Below are positions 51,306 through 64,000 of a stretch of DNA of 64,000 nt, in pieces. The number at the start of each line of letters is the position of its first letter. Positions within the stretch are counted from its first letter, which is position 1. Origin of the DNA: Callorhinchus milii (lineage: Eukaryota); contig NW_024704742.1 of the NCBI RefSeq assembly GCF_018977255.1, positions 120,592,001 through 120,656,000 on the forward strand. Direction: 5' to 3'. The notes beneath the pieces were generated by a model. That model did not search any database. It was given only the letters and a program-made list of their open reading frames with translations, and was not told the origin of the DNA. The position numbers were made by a program, and so were the translations under genes.

Positions 51306-51875
51306 CTGTGGGGTTACACAACATTAATGGCATATGGCTCATTGTTCTTTGGCGACTCAGCAGAAGCCTATCAGACTCAGTGATACTCAGAATGCAGAGG
51401 ATGGGTTTGGTGCCTAATTTAATAACAACTAATTATATTGTTAAACAATTGTGCATCTGGAAATTTATCTTACCTTTTTCTTACGTATATCTTACCTATA
51501 TCAAATTCCAACTTTATTAATGTGTTGCTATTTAAAACAATTGATTATTAAATAGAAGTATGAGTAATCGTCTCTATTAAACATATCCAACTTTAACACA
51601 TTTTATTAAGAAATAATAAATACTATCCTTACATTTAATGTAGAGCCTTTCATATTGGGAAGCTTACTGAAGCCATTTTTTAAAGAACTTTATTGTTGGT
51701 TTATTAGTTCCAGGAACAGTGTAATGTACCTCACTTAAAAAATGTTTCCATTAACAAGGATCCTTCTTTTGAATCTCAATCCTTTAACATCTGAATAAAT
51801 CACAGACCTTCAGAAACTAGCTGTAGTCAATGGGTAAGATTGCAATCTAAGTTGCTGTGAAAATGATTCCCTTAC

Positions 51876-52001
51876 CTCCCAAGACTCTGAAAAACCTCCT
51901 GCAGCCAGGTAAAGGCCACTTTGCACAGCTTGCTTTTTGAAAGCTTTGTCTTCTGGCTAGATACTCCTTCGAGAACAAACTTTTCATGGTGTTATTCAAC
52001 T
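51876..52001 (-). CDS. RNF180: RNF180 penultimate coding exon (absent from ORF track)
   Basis: ttacag acceptor; [48 protein letters not shown] donor; 126 bp. Confidence 0.93.
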
Positions 52002-53987
52002 CTGTAAAGCAGGGAAGAATACAAGGACATCACAACTTGATATTAATTATGTGGTCGGCATGCATAATTTCAAACTTCAGATTACAATGGTGTTAATTAA
52101 ATTGTCATGTTGCGATGAGCTCCTGCTGGTCTAGTGTAGTGATGGCCACTACCTTCTCACAGTGAGGCAGATATAATCAGAGGGTTTGTTACCAGCCGAC
52201 CATGAAGACTTCCCCAATCAGCAGGCAAACAACAATGGTGTAGGCCTGAAAACAAAAAGCTACTGATACAATGACACTATGGGCCGACTGGCCTTCTTCT
52301 GTGCCGTACATTTCTAGAAGTATGCCAATACTCCAACTACTACTTGTAATTATATAGTGCATTTCACAAAGTAGAACATCACAAGGTGCTTTGCAGAGAT
52401 TGTGTGGATCACTGGCATGATCCAAGAAACAGGTGTTTAGGAGGGCTTTGAAGACAGGGAAACAGCGCGCAAGGCAATGAGGTTTGACAAGAGTGTTCAT
52501 ACAGCAGAGGGTAAGTATCTTAAATATAGTTCACTGAAGTTGGGACAGAGGGGATGAAAGTTGAGCAACAGGCCCATGCTGATTAGGAGCGGGGAGCTGG
52601 TGAAACATAGAAGCTGGGGGTCAGGATCCCTGTACTATAGCTCAGCTGAGCTGTTTGGCTGACTGGAACTGAGATTGGGCAAAGGAGGGCAGGCTCAACA
52701 TTGGAGAAATTTTGTCTCAGTATGACAAAGGCATGAATGAGGCTGTGTTGGAGGTGAAATAGCAGCAAAGATGGGCAATATTCTGGAGGTGAAGGTGGTC
52801 TTAGTCAAGGACCAGATATAAAGAGTTTTAAAATTAAAAAAAACGATAGAAATTAATTGTTATTAAAAAGTGAAATGAACTTTGCTTGATGACAACTGGT
52901 AAGGCATGCCATTGGTTTTGTTTGGTAACAAGCACTGCAGATTATGTTTTGTGCTATTCTATTCAACATTTTTCTCCCCCAGAGACAAAGATGGTTTTCT
53001 TTCACCACAGGTGTGGGTTATTTTTGGTCTAACTCCACATGGACTTTCTTTCTAAAACAAGGAGGCATAGTCTTAAAATTAAAACAGACCATTTAAAAGT
53101 GAAATCAGGAATTTTTTCATTCAAAGGGTGGTAGAAATCTGGAATTTTCTCCCCCAAAAAGCTGGATCCATCCATACCTTCAAGAGTGAGTTTGATAGAT
53201 TTTTGGTAGGTCAGGATATTAAGGGATATGGGAAGAAAGCGGGAAATTGGAATTGAAAGGATTAAGGTTGTTACTGATACATACTTGTCCCGATTATACA
53301 CAAACACAAAATTTTGTACTGCCTTGTGTGTTTAATTCTGTCAAAGTGGCATCAAAATACTACTTGCTCCACCATCATGTTCCTTCAGGGCAGTGTTAAA
53401 ATGATAGATTTTGTCAGATAGAACTGCATATTTGAAGCACAAACACCTAAGGGTTTAAGCATAATTCAAAATACTGCAGATGCTGGAAATCTGAAACATC
53501 TGAACATCTGAAAAATCTGCCTGACCTGCTGAGTGTTCCCAGCGACTTCTGTTTTTGTTTAAGGGTTTAAGCATTTCAGAGTTGGGTGTTACATCAGATA
53601 AAAAGTTCAGGTGTTGTCTGGGAACACAGTAGCTTGAGTTGTAAATATTGAGTCCTTACTAAATGTAGGCATCACATACCATTCTCATGCTTTATAGATA
53701 GAAGAGGATAGAGAGGCGATTAACTCTCAAGTGTAATTGCATGCCTCCTTGAGATTTTGGAGTTTTTATACTATTCTGAAATAAGTGCTGTCCAAATACT
53801 CAAATAGGAGACACTATGTGAATGGCTGTTCAGCAGATCAACCAGTGTTTAACAAACATTGATGCAGATAGTTTCATGACCTATAAAATATACAGTCCAT
53901 TCACTTTACAATATATTCTGTGAAGCGCTTTGAGACGTCTTGAAGACTTCATAAGGCGCTATATCAAATGCAAGGATTATTATTATA

Positions 53988-55603
53988 GCAACAACAACAA
54001 AATTACATTTATAGAGCGCCTTTCACGTTGGGAGGACGCCTCAAAGCGCTGAACAGTCAGGTGTCGGGGCCCGAGCATGGTGTAGGGGTGGTGTAGGGGT
54101 GAGGGAAGGCAGAGAGGTGGGAGGGTGACCAAAAGCACGTTGAAGAAAAGTGTCTTGAGACCGGCCTTGAAGGAGGCAAGAGAGGAAGCGAGGCGAAGGG
54201 ACCGTGGGATGGAGTTCCAGAATGTGGGGGCAGAGAGGTTGAAAGCCCGGCCACCGATGGTAGAGCGGGTCGGGCGGGAGACATGGAGCAGACCGGAGCC
54301 CACTGAATGGAGAGAGCGAGCAGGTTGGTAGCGAGTCAGCAGATCAGAGAGGTAGGAGGGGGCAAGGCCATGGATGGCTTTAAAAGTGAGGATGAGGATC
54401 TTGAACTCGATCCTCTCGGGGATGGGAAGCCAGTGGAGTCGGGGGATGGTGGGAGTGGTGGTGGCAGAGCCTGGTGCGTGAGAGTACATGAGCTGCAGAG
54501 TTTTGGATGATCCGCAGCTTGTGAAGGGAAGAGTTGGGAAGGCCGATGAGGGGGGAGTTCCCGTAATCGAGCCTTGATGTGATGAATGTGTGGGTGAGGG
54601 TTTCGGCAGCCTGAGGGCTGAGGCAGTGGCGGAGTCTGGCAATGTTGCGGAGGTGGTGGTAGGCAGTGCCGGTCATGGTGCGGATGTGGGGGAGAAAGGA
54701 CAGTTCAGGGTCAAACAAGACACCCAGGTTCCTGACTGGCTTAGTGAGGTTGAGTCTGCAGCCGTGGAGGCTGATGCTGCCAGCGCCTGAGGTGTGGAGG
54801 CGCTGGCACAAGCCAATCAGGAGGACCTCGGTCTTGCTGACGTTGAGTTGGAGAAAGTTGGCCCTTGTCCAGGACTTGATGTTAGACAGGCAGTAGGTCA
54901 GGACCTCAGTAGTCCTGGAGTTCAGGGTGGAGGCAGAGAGATAGAGTTGGCTGTCATCTGCATACATGTGGAAATTTACCATGTCTGCAGATGATGTCAC
55001 TAAGGGAGAGCGTGTAGAGGGTGAAGAGGAGGGGACCGAGGACAGAGCCCTGAGGAACACCGCATGAGATGGTGCGAGGGCTGGAGGAGGAGCCGTTTGC
55101 CGCGACTAAGTGGAGGCCGTGTGAAAGGTAGGAACTGAACCAGTTAAGGACAGAACCTTGAACGTTGAGGTGGGAGGAGAGGCGGTGGAGGAGGATTGAG
55201 TGGTCAACGGTGTCAAAGGCGGCGGGGAGGTTGAGGAGGACGAGGAGGCAGAGGGAGCCCTGGTCACACATGGTCAGGATGTCGTTTGTGACCTTGACCA
55301 GAGCAGTTTCCATGCTGTGGGCAGCACGGAAACCCGATTGGAGGGGTTCATGGAGGGAGTGAGAGGAGAGGAAAGAGCGAAACTGGGAGGCAACGGCTCT
55401 TTCAAGGACCTTGGATAGGAAGGGGAGGTTTGAGATGGGCTGGTGGCTAGATAGCTATGATGGGTCGAGGGAAGGTTTCTTCAGGGTAGGGGTGATAATG
55501 GCTGTTTTGAGGGGGAAAAGAACAGTGCCAGATGACAAGGAGAGATTAATGATGTTGGCGAGTAGTGGGGCAAGGAGATGGAGCAGGGATTTAAGGAGAG
55601 GGG
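53988..55603 (-). mobile_element. L2 LINE, 1.6-kb 5'-truncated copy containing the RT domain
   Basis: TETALVKVTND, AFDTVDH, GVPQGSVLGPLLF, YADD, SRLDYGN and LHWLP motifs; few frameshifts; (TTG)n tail. Confidence 0.95.
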
Positions 55604-56018
55604 TAGCAGCAACAGGACAGAGGATTTTCCAACTGCAGCTTTGGTATGTCTTATTTCTGGGAATCATTTCAAAAGTGGAGTGTCTCCTTCCCCACCCCAA
55701 GATGGCTTCTATTCCATCCTCAATGAAATTCAGCAATCATTCAAATTAATTAGCTCTTTTTATGCCAAGTTTACCTCAAAATAACATTTGTTTCGTATCC
55801 AGTTTAGTTCTGCAAAGCACTGAAAGATTTATTTTTCATCAAAGGCACCATATAAACGCATCAATGATTGAATCAAAGCTTTTTACTTTGATACAATTCA
55901 GCAGTAAAAGAGGTATTGTTTTCTGAGACACTGATTTTAAATCATTCTACAATATAGTTTGCATTGCAGGAAAAATCTTTACAATTTGTTTTTGTATTAA
56001 AACCTTTTTATCTACTAC

Positions 56019-56247
56019 CTGTTTGGAAAAAGACTCTGGTGATGACGGTGCGACACAAAGGGCATGGCGTATTTGCAGGATTATCCTTTGCAAGCGTTCG
56101 AAGACAGGGCTCACAGAAGATGTGGTGGCAGGGATAACACACGTATGGACTGAAGAAAATATCCAAACACACAGCACAGATATAGCCTTCCTTCTCCCAC
56201 TTCAAGTCATCTTCATCATCTGTACTTGTCATGTTCGCACTGGAAGT
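56019..56247 (-). CDS. RNF180: RNF180 (Rines) E3 ligase, RING finger exon
   Basis: ttttag acceptor; [76 protein letters not shown], a C3HC4 RING nearly identical to recalled RNF180; GT donor, phase 1. Confidence 0.95.
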
Positions 56248-58899
56248 CTAAAAGAAAATAAAACCAGTTTTCTTCATTTTTAAAATAAATTATACATAAG
56301 TTGTTTAAAAATCACAAAAAGGTGGCCAAATCCAGAGCAATATGAACTAATATGAATTAATCTATTAATACAAAATCATTCTCTGCAGACTAGTTTCCTT
56401 CACCAAAACATCAGGCCACAAGAGCAAATGCCTATGTTATATGTTAATTTGTAAAAGGAGAAAACACAAATGGGCAACCCTCCATCCCTCTTTCAGTTTG
56501 AACAGGACAGAATACCAGGTGGGCACATCCAAGCTGAGAAGAATTTAAAGGGAAAGATATTCTGTTCCCCCACAATACTGCCAATTTGGTCATTTTGTGG
56601 GCTTTTTGCCACAAAATATACAGTGAATTTACTTTACAGTATATTCTGTGAAGTGCTTTGAGACATCTCAAAGATGTGATAAGCTGCTATATCAACTGCA
56701 CGGATTATTATTATTATTTATCAAATACGTCTCCCTCAGCACAAAAGCTCCCCTTTCTATTTTCTCCATCTCCTCTTCAAGCTAGAACATCAAGTATCAA
56801 GTACAAAATACATTTGCATATATGTATAAATCTGGCAAAGAATGTAAGGTTTAGACAGTTGCCTCTTCATTTCATTCTTTTGAGCTTAGAGTATTACCCT
56901 GGCTGAGCACGTATATTCTACTCATTCTGCATGATCATATCTGTTCTTTTCAGATGCGCTCATCATGAAGCAAGTGAAAGAAAAGAAGTGTTTAAGACAA
57001 TCTCAATTCAGTTTGAATAAATCAATAGCTGAAATCTTCTAGCAAATTTGGCTCTAACTAAAGATAACGCAGTCTGGTTAATGGAAATGTTCCATTAATT
57101 CCTAACATTCACGGTTGCTTTCAAGGTTGAGATTCAAGCATTTTTCAGATATGAAAATGAGTTACAAATGTTTTTTTGGTCAGAAACATGCCATCACCAT
57201 GCTTAAGAGTATCCAAGCCAAACTGACAGTTCCATGTATCCCAACTATACAACATTTCATAGTTGTTTATCGGAAAGGAATGCACACTCTCTCCCTGGAG
57301 GGACTCGTCCAATAATTCTATAGTTTGTGGGTAGCAGTAAATTGGATTAAATATAAATATTAAAATATAAATTTTTAATAGTATTTAATAGTATGAGATG
57401 CAGATTGGCAAAAGCTAAGGCTCGGGGACCCCAGAGTGTGCGTTGGGCTACTGCTGGAGTCTAACCAGCTAAAACCACACTGAGAGCACTGCCTGGCAAG
57501 TTTCCTGCTGCTTGTCCAGCTGAGACCACCCTGCCTGTTAGGCAATGAGAGGGAATTTTGTAGTAATATAATCAATGTTATATTTTTCTTAGAACTGTTT
57601 AATGCTGATACCCAAGAGTAAAATGGAAAAACAAATCACTTGCAATCATTTGTTTCAGAAATAAATGCATAAATAAAAATAAAAGTACAGTAAAACCTTG
57701 ATATCAATCCCATTTTGTCAAAATGTCCTCTTATCAAAGACTAGAAAATGTGTTGTAGGCAAATCCATGCACATGTATTTATAATGTAAGCAAATTGCAC
57801 AATTTTATTCCTCAATTATACAATATTAATATTTATTTTGCAAATCTGGTTAAACATTCTTTTGTTTTTCTTAGTCCACTGGTTCCCATCAAGGCAAATT
57901 TTAAAAGTAGAATTCTTGAATATTGAAAGACATCCACCAGGTTCCACAATAAACAAAATAATCCTGTGTTGTTCTTGTTGATGCACTGTTTACAAAATTT
58001 CTATTTTTACAGATCAACTTGTGAATATTATGCTCCTTGCAGTTCTCTACTCCCTAACAACCTCTAATCTATAGCAGAGTTGTTTATTAAATGGCAGCTA
58101 AAATTAACGTTAGTGGGTATGAATGTTTAAGACATGGATGTTGATTAGTAATTTGCAGAATGGAATGAAGTAAAGGAAGTTATATTGAGACCCACTTGAT
58201 CTCAGCAGTCTAACTAACTAATCTAAGATTTCAATACTTGCAATGTTTGCAGATCAGAATACTTAAGGACCATTGAAATGTTTGTTCTACCAATTTTCAC
58301 TAAAACAATCCTTAATTTTTCGGTTAAAGTCAATTGGTAAACAACAATTTCCTGCCTGACATAATTTATAATAAATAAATTAACTGATTTATTGTTGGTG
58401 TTTGGGATGGTTGTGAGCACATCAGTTTCTGGGCATGCACACTTACTAGGGAAATGATGCAAACCCCTATAGTAATTTTGCATGCCTGCAGGTAATTTTG
58501 TGCATGTACACATCTGGATCTTTTAAAAGCAAGATCATAAGTCTTTAATACTTAGTTATGTACAGTTTAGAGTTATAGAAAGAGACAAGAAAGTGAGAGA
58601 TTCAGAGAGAGATGGATAGAAAGAAAGACTCAGAGTGAATGAGAGAGAATGACTTTCAACGAATTTACTTGGAGTTTTTGGTGTTCAAATTCTCTTCCCC
58701 TCAATTTTCTCCCATTTTTTAAACCAAAAATGTGACTGAAAAAGTCTCCGTTTTTTTATTTTGTGGGCAAACACGACTAACAGTTCTTATAGATGCTTGA
58801 CCATTTCCTTCATGGTTGTACTCCAGTGAGTGTGAGGATTGCATCTGACTTCTGGCCACATATTTTCATCTAAAGAAAACATTGCAATCTATGTGATGA

Positions 58900-59310
58900 T
58901 TAGACAAGCTAGGATTATTCTCCTTGGAGCAGAGAAGGTTAAGGGGAGATTTAATAGCTGTTCAAAATTATGAGGGGATTCGATAGGGTGAACAGGGAGA
59001 AATTGTTTCCATAGTGGGTGAGCTGATAACCAGAGGTCACAGATTTAAAATAGTTGCCAAAAGAACCAGAGGGGAGGTGAGGAGAAATTTTTTCACATAG
59101 CGAGTTGTTCGGATCTGAAAGGGTGGTGGAAGTCGATTCGATAACAACTTTCAAGGCAGAAGTAGACAGATATTTGGGGAGGACAAATTTGCAGGGCTAT
59201 GGGGAGAGCGGGGTAGTGGGATTAATTTGGATAGCTCTTTCAAAGAGCCAGCACAGACAAGATGGGATGAATGGCTTCTTCTGTGTTGTATAATTCTATG
59301 ATTATATGAA
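58900..59310 (+). mobile_element. CR1 3' end
   Basis: LGLFSLEQRRLRGDLI coding end followed by the 3' UTR ending TTCTATGAT. Confidence 0.9.
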
Positions 59311-59744
59311 GGCAGACAAATTGCCTATATAGGAAAGCTTCTTACTAACCATTTACAGCACCGACAGCACAAAATCCCTTACATTTGTAAAGAGTGAGAA
59401 ACTCTTTGAAAATGATGCCTGCCAAAGTCACTAGGCATAGGTTATAGCTTTCACAAATCAGATCAAAAGTCTGGCAAGATACTTCATAGGAAGATGCATT
59501 AACTTCCAATGAGTATGAACCACGCATGCTGTGGAAATTATCCACATTAATCATGGATCACATCGCCAAAATTGATTCCTGCTGAGAAGCCTTGGTGTAT
59601 AGAATCCATGTTCTTGAAATATCTGTCTATTTCAATTTTCAAGCTGTAATGTAAAATATTACTTCTTGAGTATAAGAAGCAATATTATTTGTGCAATAAT
59701 TCTCAGTTTTCTGATTGATTCAGTACATTGTTGTATTCACTCAC

Positions 59745-59782
59745 AGTTTCCAAAACCTTCAGGTCACATTTACAGCATTTAC
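59745..59782 (-). CDS. RNF180: RNF180 38-bp micro-exon preceding the RING exon
   Basis: ttgcag acceptor, (G)KCCKCDLKVLET, GTGAGT donor. The phase-0 end joins the RING exon and the position matches the short GK... exon recalled for mammalian RNF180. Confidence 0.65.
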
Positions 59783-60749
59783 CTGCAATTTTTAAAAAAT
59801 ATATATATAACAGGATATAGCATAATTTGAAGATTAATGTGGAAGAATTGCTAAGATTTAATATTTTACTTCAATTTAATATTAAGGTTTGAAAACTTCA
59901 AGATGCTGATCCATTACCTTGAACAATCATCAGCTGGAGTAACAACTAAAATGCTGTTTGGATCTCTATGTTTATCTGTGCAATCTTGGACAATATAAAT
60001 TAAACCGACAGTAGAAAGCGCTAGATTAACATGCCCAAATTTTTCCACAAGAACAAAAAAACGCACAGGATCAATACTTCTACTAAAGCCACAGGACCTA
60101 AAGTTTTAACATGTTTTTATTTGCTTCACGAATATTGGGATAAATCTGCCTCATAATAGTATTATTTTATCTTCTCTCACAGAGCCACAAAGACAAAGAA
60201 GAGCACTGAATCCTAGCTCTGGCAATTATAAATCGAACTTGAAACTATGAGTAGAATGATTTCTGAGGTTCTGATCTCAATTAATTCGAGGGAGGCAAGT
60301 TGCATTATGATTACCAGTCTGCTTACTGATGTGCTGTTTTATTTTGGAAGGTTTGATTCATTCAAATAGATTTGATCAGAATATTTGTGTCACACTTCTG
60401 TGAAGCTACTTTAATCAGAATTTTCTCTTATCTATGGTAGTGAATTTCCTTGTAATGGGCCATTTGTTTGTGCCACATACAGTCACAATTTAATCATAAA
60501 CTGAACAATGACATGAAGGGATAAAATGGTAACAGAAGTTCTCAACACTTACCTCATGACAAACAAAATCATGTACATTAAATGACCGGCAAACACAATT
60601 TGATTTCTAGTTTATAGGATAACATTTTTTTACCAAATAAAAAAGCACATAATAAAGCTGTAATCCCATGAGTCAGATGTCAAATAGGTGTGAATGCCAG
60701 AAATGAGAATTGAACATTTAATAATATCTCAGAGCCTTTACAGAGCTAG

Positions 60750-61500
60750 TGTCAAACACCAAGTGGGGGGGTGGGGGGAGGGGGGAGAGACTCAGAAGGG
60801 GATTGGAAGAGGAGGGAGGTGACTATAGTCACGTTAAAGACGTAGGTAGATTTGAAGATGGAGACTGAAGGATTGAGCCATGGAATTCCAGAGGGTGGGG
60901 CAATGCGAAAGACGTGCAGCAGGTCTGAGTTTGGCTGAGTAGTTGGGGCAAGCAGAAGAGTGAGGCTGGATAAGATAACAGAGGTGGGGGCTGAGGGTAT
61001 GAAGAGATTTGTAGGTGAGGGTGAGGAAGGGTGACAAAGTTGTGAATGAAGGTTTTTAGCAGCATTGGGAGTGAAATAGGCGCGGGGACAGGTAATGTGG
61101 TAAAGCTGCAGAAAAGAGATCTTGGTCACAGCTAGTTGTGAAGGAGGAAACAGCTGAACCATTGCACTAAATGCCAATGTTGTGCATTGGTTCAATGAGT
61201 TGGAGAGAGAGGCCAGGAAGCTTGTGGAAGAGAATATTGGCAGGAGCCGATGAGGATGGTTTTCATTTTATCCATGTTCAGTTGAAAAAAGTTTAGCCTA
61301 ATCCAGGACTTGATTTCTGACAGGAAGCTGGTCAGAACATCAGCGGACTTGGAACCAAGGGCAGAAATAGAGGGTAGATTTAAATGTCATCTGCGTTATT
61401 ATGAATATTATCTCCATGATATCACCAAGAGGAAACATGTAAATGAGGAACAGGAGGGGCCTGAGGTTAGAGCCTTAAGGTACACCTCAGGTGACTGCGC
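60750..61500 (-). mobile_element. Old degraded L2
   Basis: Decayed LTYKSLH, PTLWNS and ADD-like motifs on the minus strand. Confidence 0.6.
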
Positions 61501-62159
61501 AAAAAGGAAAAGTCATCAGAGGAAACAAAGTGGAGGTGATGGATCAAGGAGGAACGAGGAAAGTATGATCCAACCAATGTGGATGAGAGAGGAAAGGCAA
61601 TTGAGGAAGATAGAGTGGATGATATTGTTGACTGGCACTAATCAGATGACCCAAGCTCATCATCTTCTGCACGTGGGTTTGGCTATCACTCTTGGAGAAG
61701 ACGCTCCCTATCTCTTGCCCCCTATCGCCTCCTCTAATCATGCAGTTAATATAGGATAGATATTTATGGCTCCCTTTTTGGATGAATCTTACATGGTATT
61801 CCGGCAGGGTGAAACCTTGGGCAAGTTTCCTTACTCCACACACCTGATAATAATCCCTCAAAAAAAAATTGGTCACTTCAATCCACGACTGTTTGAGGGA
61901 CACTGCTGTGCGCAATTGGCTGCCGCATTTCGCCCACAAATATACAGTCAATTCACTTTACAGTCTATTCTGTGAAGCGCTTTGAGACGTCTAGAAGACG
62001 TGAAAAGTGCCATATTAAATGCAAGGATGATTATGATTATTATTATTATGCAGTGTATACAGTGTAACACAGGGAGGAAGGAGTGGGTCAATGAGAGAGG
62101 GAGAGGGAGTGAGGGAGGGAGGGAACTTTGCTACATTACCTGTCCCCGTACCTATCTCA

Positions 62160-62925
62160 CTCCACCTTGCTAAGCCAATCTGGAACCTTGGGGTCTTGTT
62201 TGAGCCTCAACTATCCTTTCTACCCCACATCTGCGCCATGACCCGCTCTGCCTTCCCCCACCTCCACAACATCACCCGGCTCCGCCACTGTCTCACACCG
62301 CAGGCCACCGAAACCCTCATACATGCCGTCATTACATCGAGGTTCGACTATGCAAACTCACTCCTTGTTGGCCTCCCCAAGTCCTCCCTCCACAGGCTGC
62401 AGATCATCCAGAACTCTGCAGCCCATATCCTCTCCCGCACTCGTCTCCGTGACCCTATCACCCCCATCCTTGCCCAACTCCACTGGCTTCCCATCACACA
62501 GAGGATAAAGTTCAAGATCTTGGTCCTCACCTACAAAGCCCTCCAAGGTCTTGCTCCCCCCTACCTCTCCAACCCCTAAACCCCTACCACCCCATTCGCT
62601 CCCTCCGCTCAGCAGGCTCCAGCCTGCTTCACGTCCCCTGCCTTGCTCACCACACTAATGGCGGGTGGGCCTTCCACCACTCTGCACCCACCCTCTGGAA
62701 CTCCATCCCGCAGTCCCTCCATTTCGCCCCCTCCCTCGCCATCTTCAAGACCCACCTCAAGACCCTCCTCGACCGTGCTTTCAATCTCCCTGCTTCCCCC
62801 CCTGCCCTCCCCTCTCCCACTCCGACCCTCAGCTCGGGTCCATAACTCTGTCTGTCCAGCGTTTTCGGATGTCCTCCCAACGTGAAAGGCGCTATACAAA
62901 TGTAATTTTGTTGTTGTTGTTGTTA
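62160..62925 (+). mobile_element. L2 3' fragment
   Basis: NLGVLFE, SRFDYANSLL and LHWLPITQRIKFKIL motifs plus tail and (TTG)n. Confidence 0.92.
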
Positions 62926-64000
62926 TACACCGTTTCAAACCCAATAAAGGTGTTCAAGACATACGTATTATGTTCCTTTTGACACCCTTTTATTACATAG
63001 ATAATAATCAATACCTGGTAAGGACTACAATAATTAAGGTATGCCACTGAAGCCTGAAACCATGAGAGGAAAGCTCTAGAGAATAGCATTGTGTCAAAAT
63101 GAATCCCTTGTTGAAAGCTCTTATGGGTTCTGGAGTATTGAACCATGAAAGCAGAGTGAATTGGATACAGAAAAAAGTAAATGTACACTGGCAGCAAACA
63201 GTCACAGCATTCTGGAATTCAGAGAATAGTATTCTTATAAAATCAAAGAACTCGAATGAAAATAAAGGATGAAAATGTTTGTCAGTTTTCTACAGTAGAA
63301 GTTCTGAATGGTGGAGTGGAGACAGCAAAGTCATCTTGACTATAGAAAAATCTCGGATCCTTGTTTTGAAAGTAAAAAGAAAGGATGAGGCAGGGACCCA
63401 TTCATACATCAGTAAGATCAAAGAATGAGGTATGTTGAATTCTACTGGTTATTCCTGATGATATTTATTCATTTTAAAAACCTGTATCATGTCCTCTCTA
63501 AATATTTAGTTTTCCAACAAAAACAAGATACATTCTGTTACTCTCTTTACAATGTCAGAGATGCTGTCCCTCGGATGAGACTTTAAACCAAGGTCCCGTT
63601 TGTCTATTCAAGCGGACATTAAACTCTCAGGTCACTATTTGAAAGATAGCTGAGTTTACCGGCCAATAATCCTCCATAAAATTGGTCATTCATTTCACGG
63701 CTGTTTGTAGGGTATTGCTGTGCACACATTGGTTGCTGCATTCACTTATAAATATATAGTACACACTACACTTTACAGTAAATACTGTGAAGCACTTTGC
63801 AATGTTTGAACAACATGATAAGGCACTATATCATCTCCAATGATTATTATTATAATTTAAGTCTTAAATTTTGAAATTATTGGTATCATTTTCCAAACCC
63901 ATTCCAACGCAAATGTCCTTTTCAAGATAGGATGCCCAGAATTGCACACACTATTTTAAATTTAGCCTTTCTTATCATTGAATTATACACGGTTATAATA

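Noticed and set aside
57687..57710. Tigger/pogo-like terminal sequence TACAGTAAAACC (similar at about 33264)
   Set aside because: No matching partner inverted repeat was found.

Overview
Eukaryotic (vertebrate) genomic DNA. The SINE/LINE landscape looks like that of a cartilaginous fish, probably a chimaera or elephant shark relative (inference from recalled repeat consensus sequences). Three intron-containing genes can be rebuilt by hand with consistent splice phases. (1) The first two coding exons of RGS7BP (minus strand, ATG at 9977; the gene continues off the left edge). (2) A complete 8-exon, about 571-aa calcineurin-like metallophosphoesterase of the 5'-nucleotidase family (plus strand, 17115-38974). 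It has no signal peptide or GPI tail and is probably the orthologue of the poorly characterised mouse Nt5el. (3) The last four coding exons of RNF180 (minus strand, 59782-51103). The rest is introns and intergenic DNA filled with L2 and CR1 LINE fragments, a young tRNA-derived L2-tailed SINE, an older Deu-domain SINE, a Tc1/mariner MITE, a Penelope-type palindrome carrying two decayed hammerhead-ribozyme motifs, an unclassified retroposon-like repeat of about 600 bp (5 copies) and a G-rich minisatellite. Most long ORFs in the track are artefacts of low-complexity or repeat sequence.
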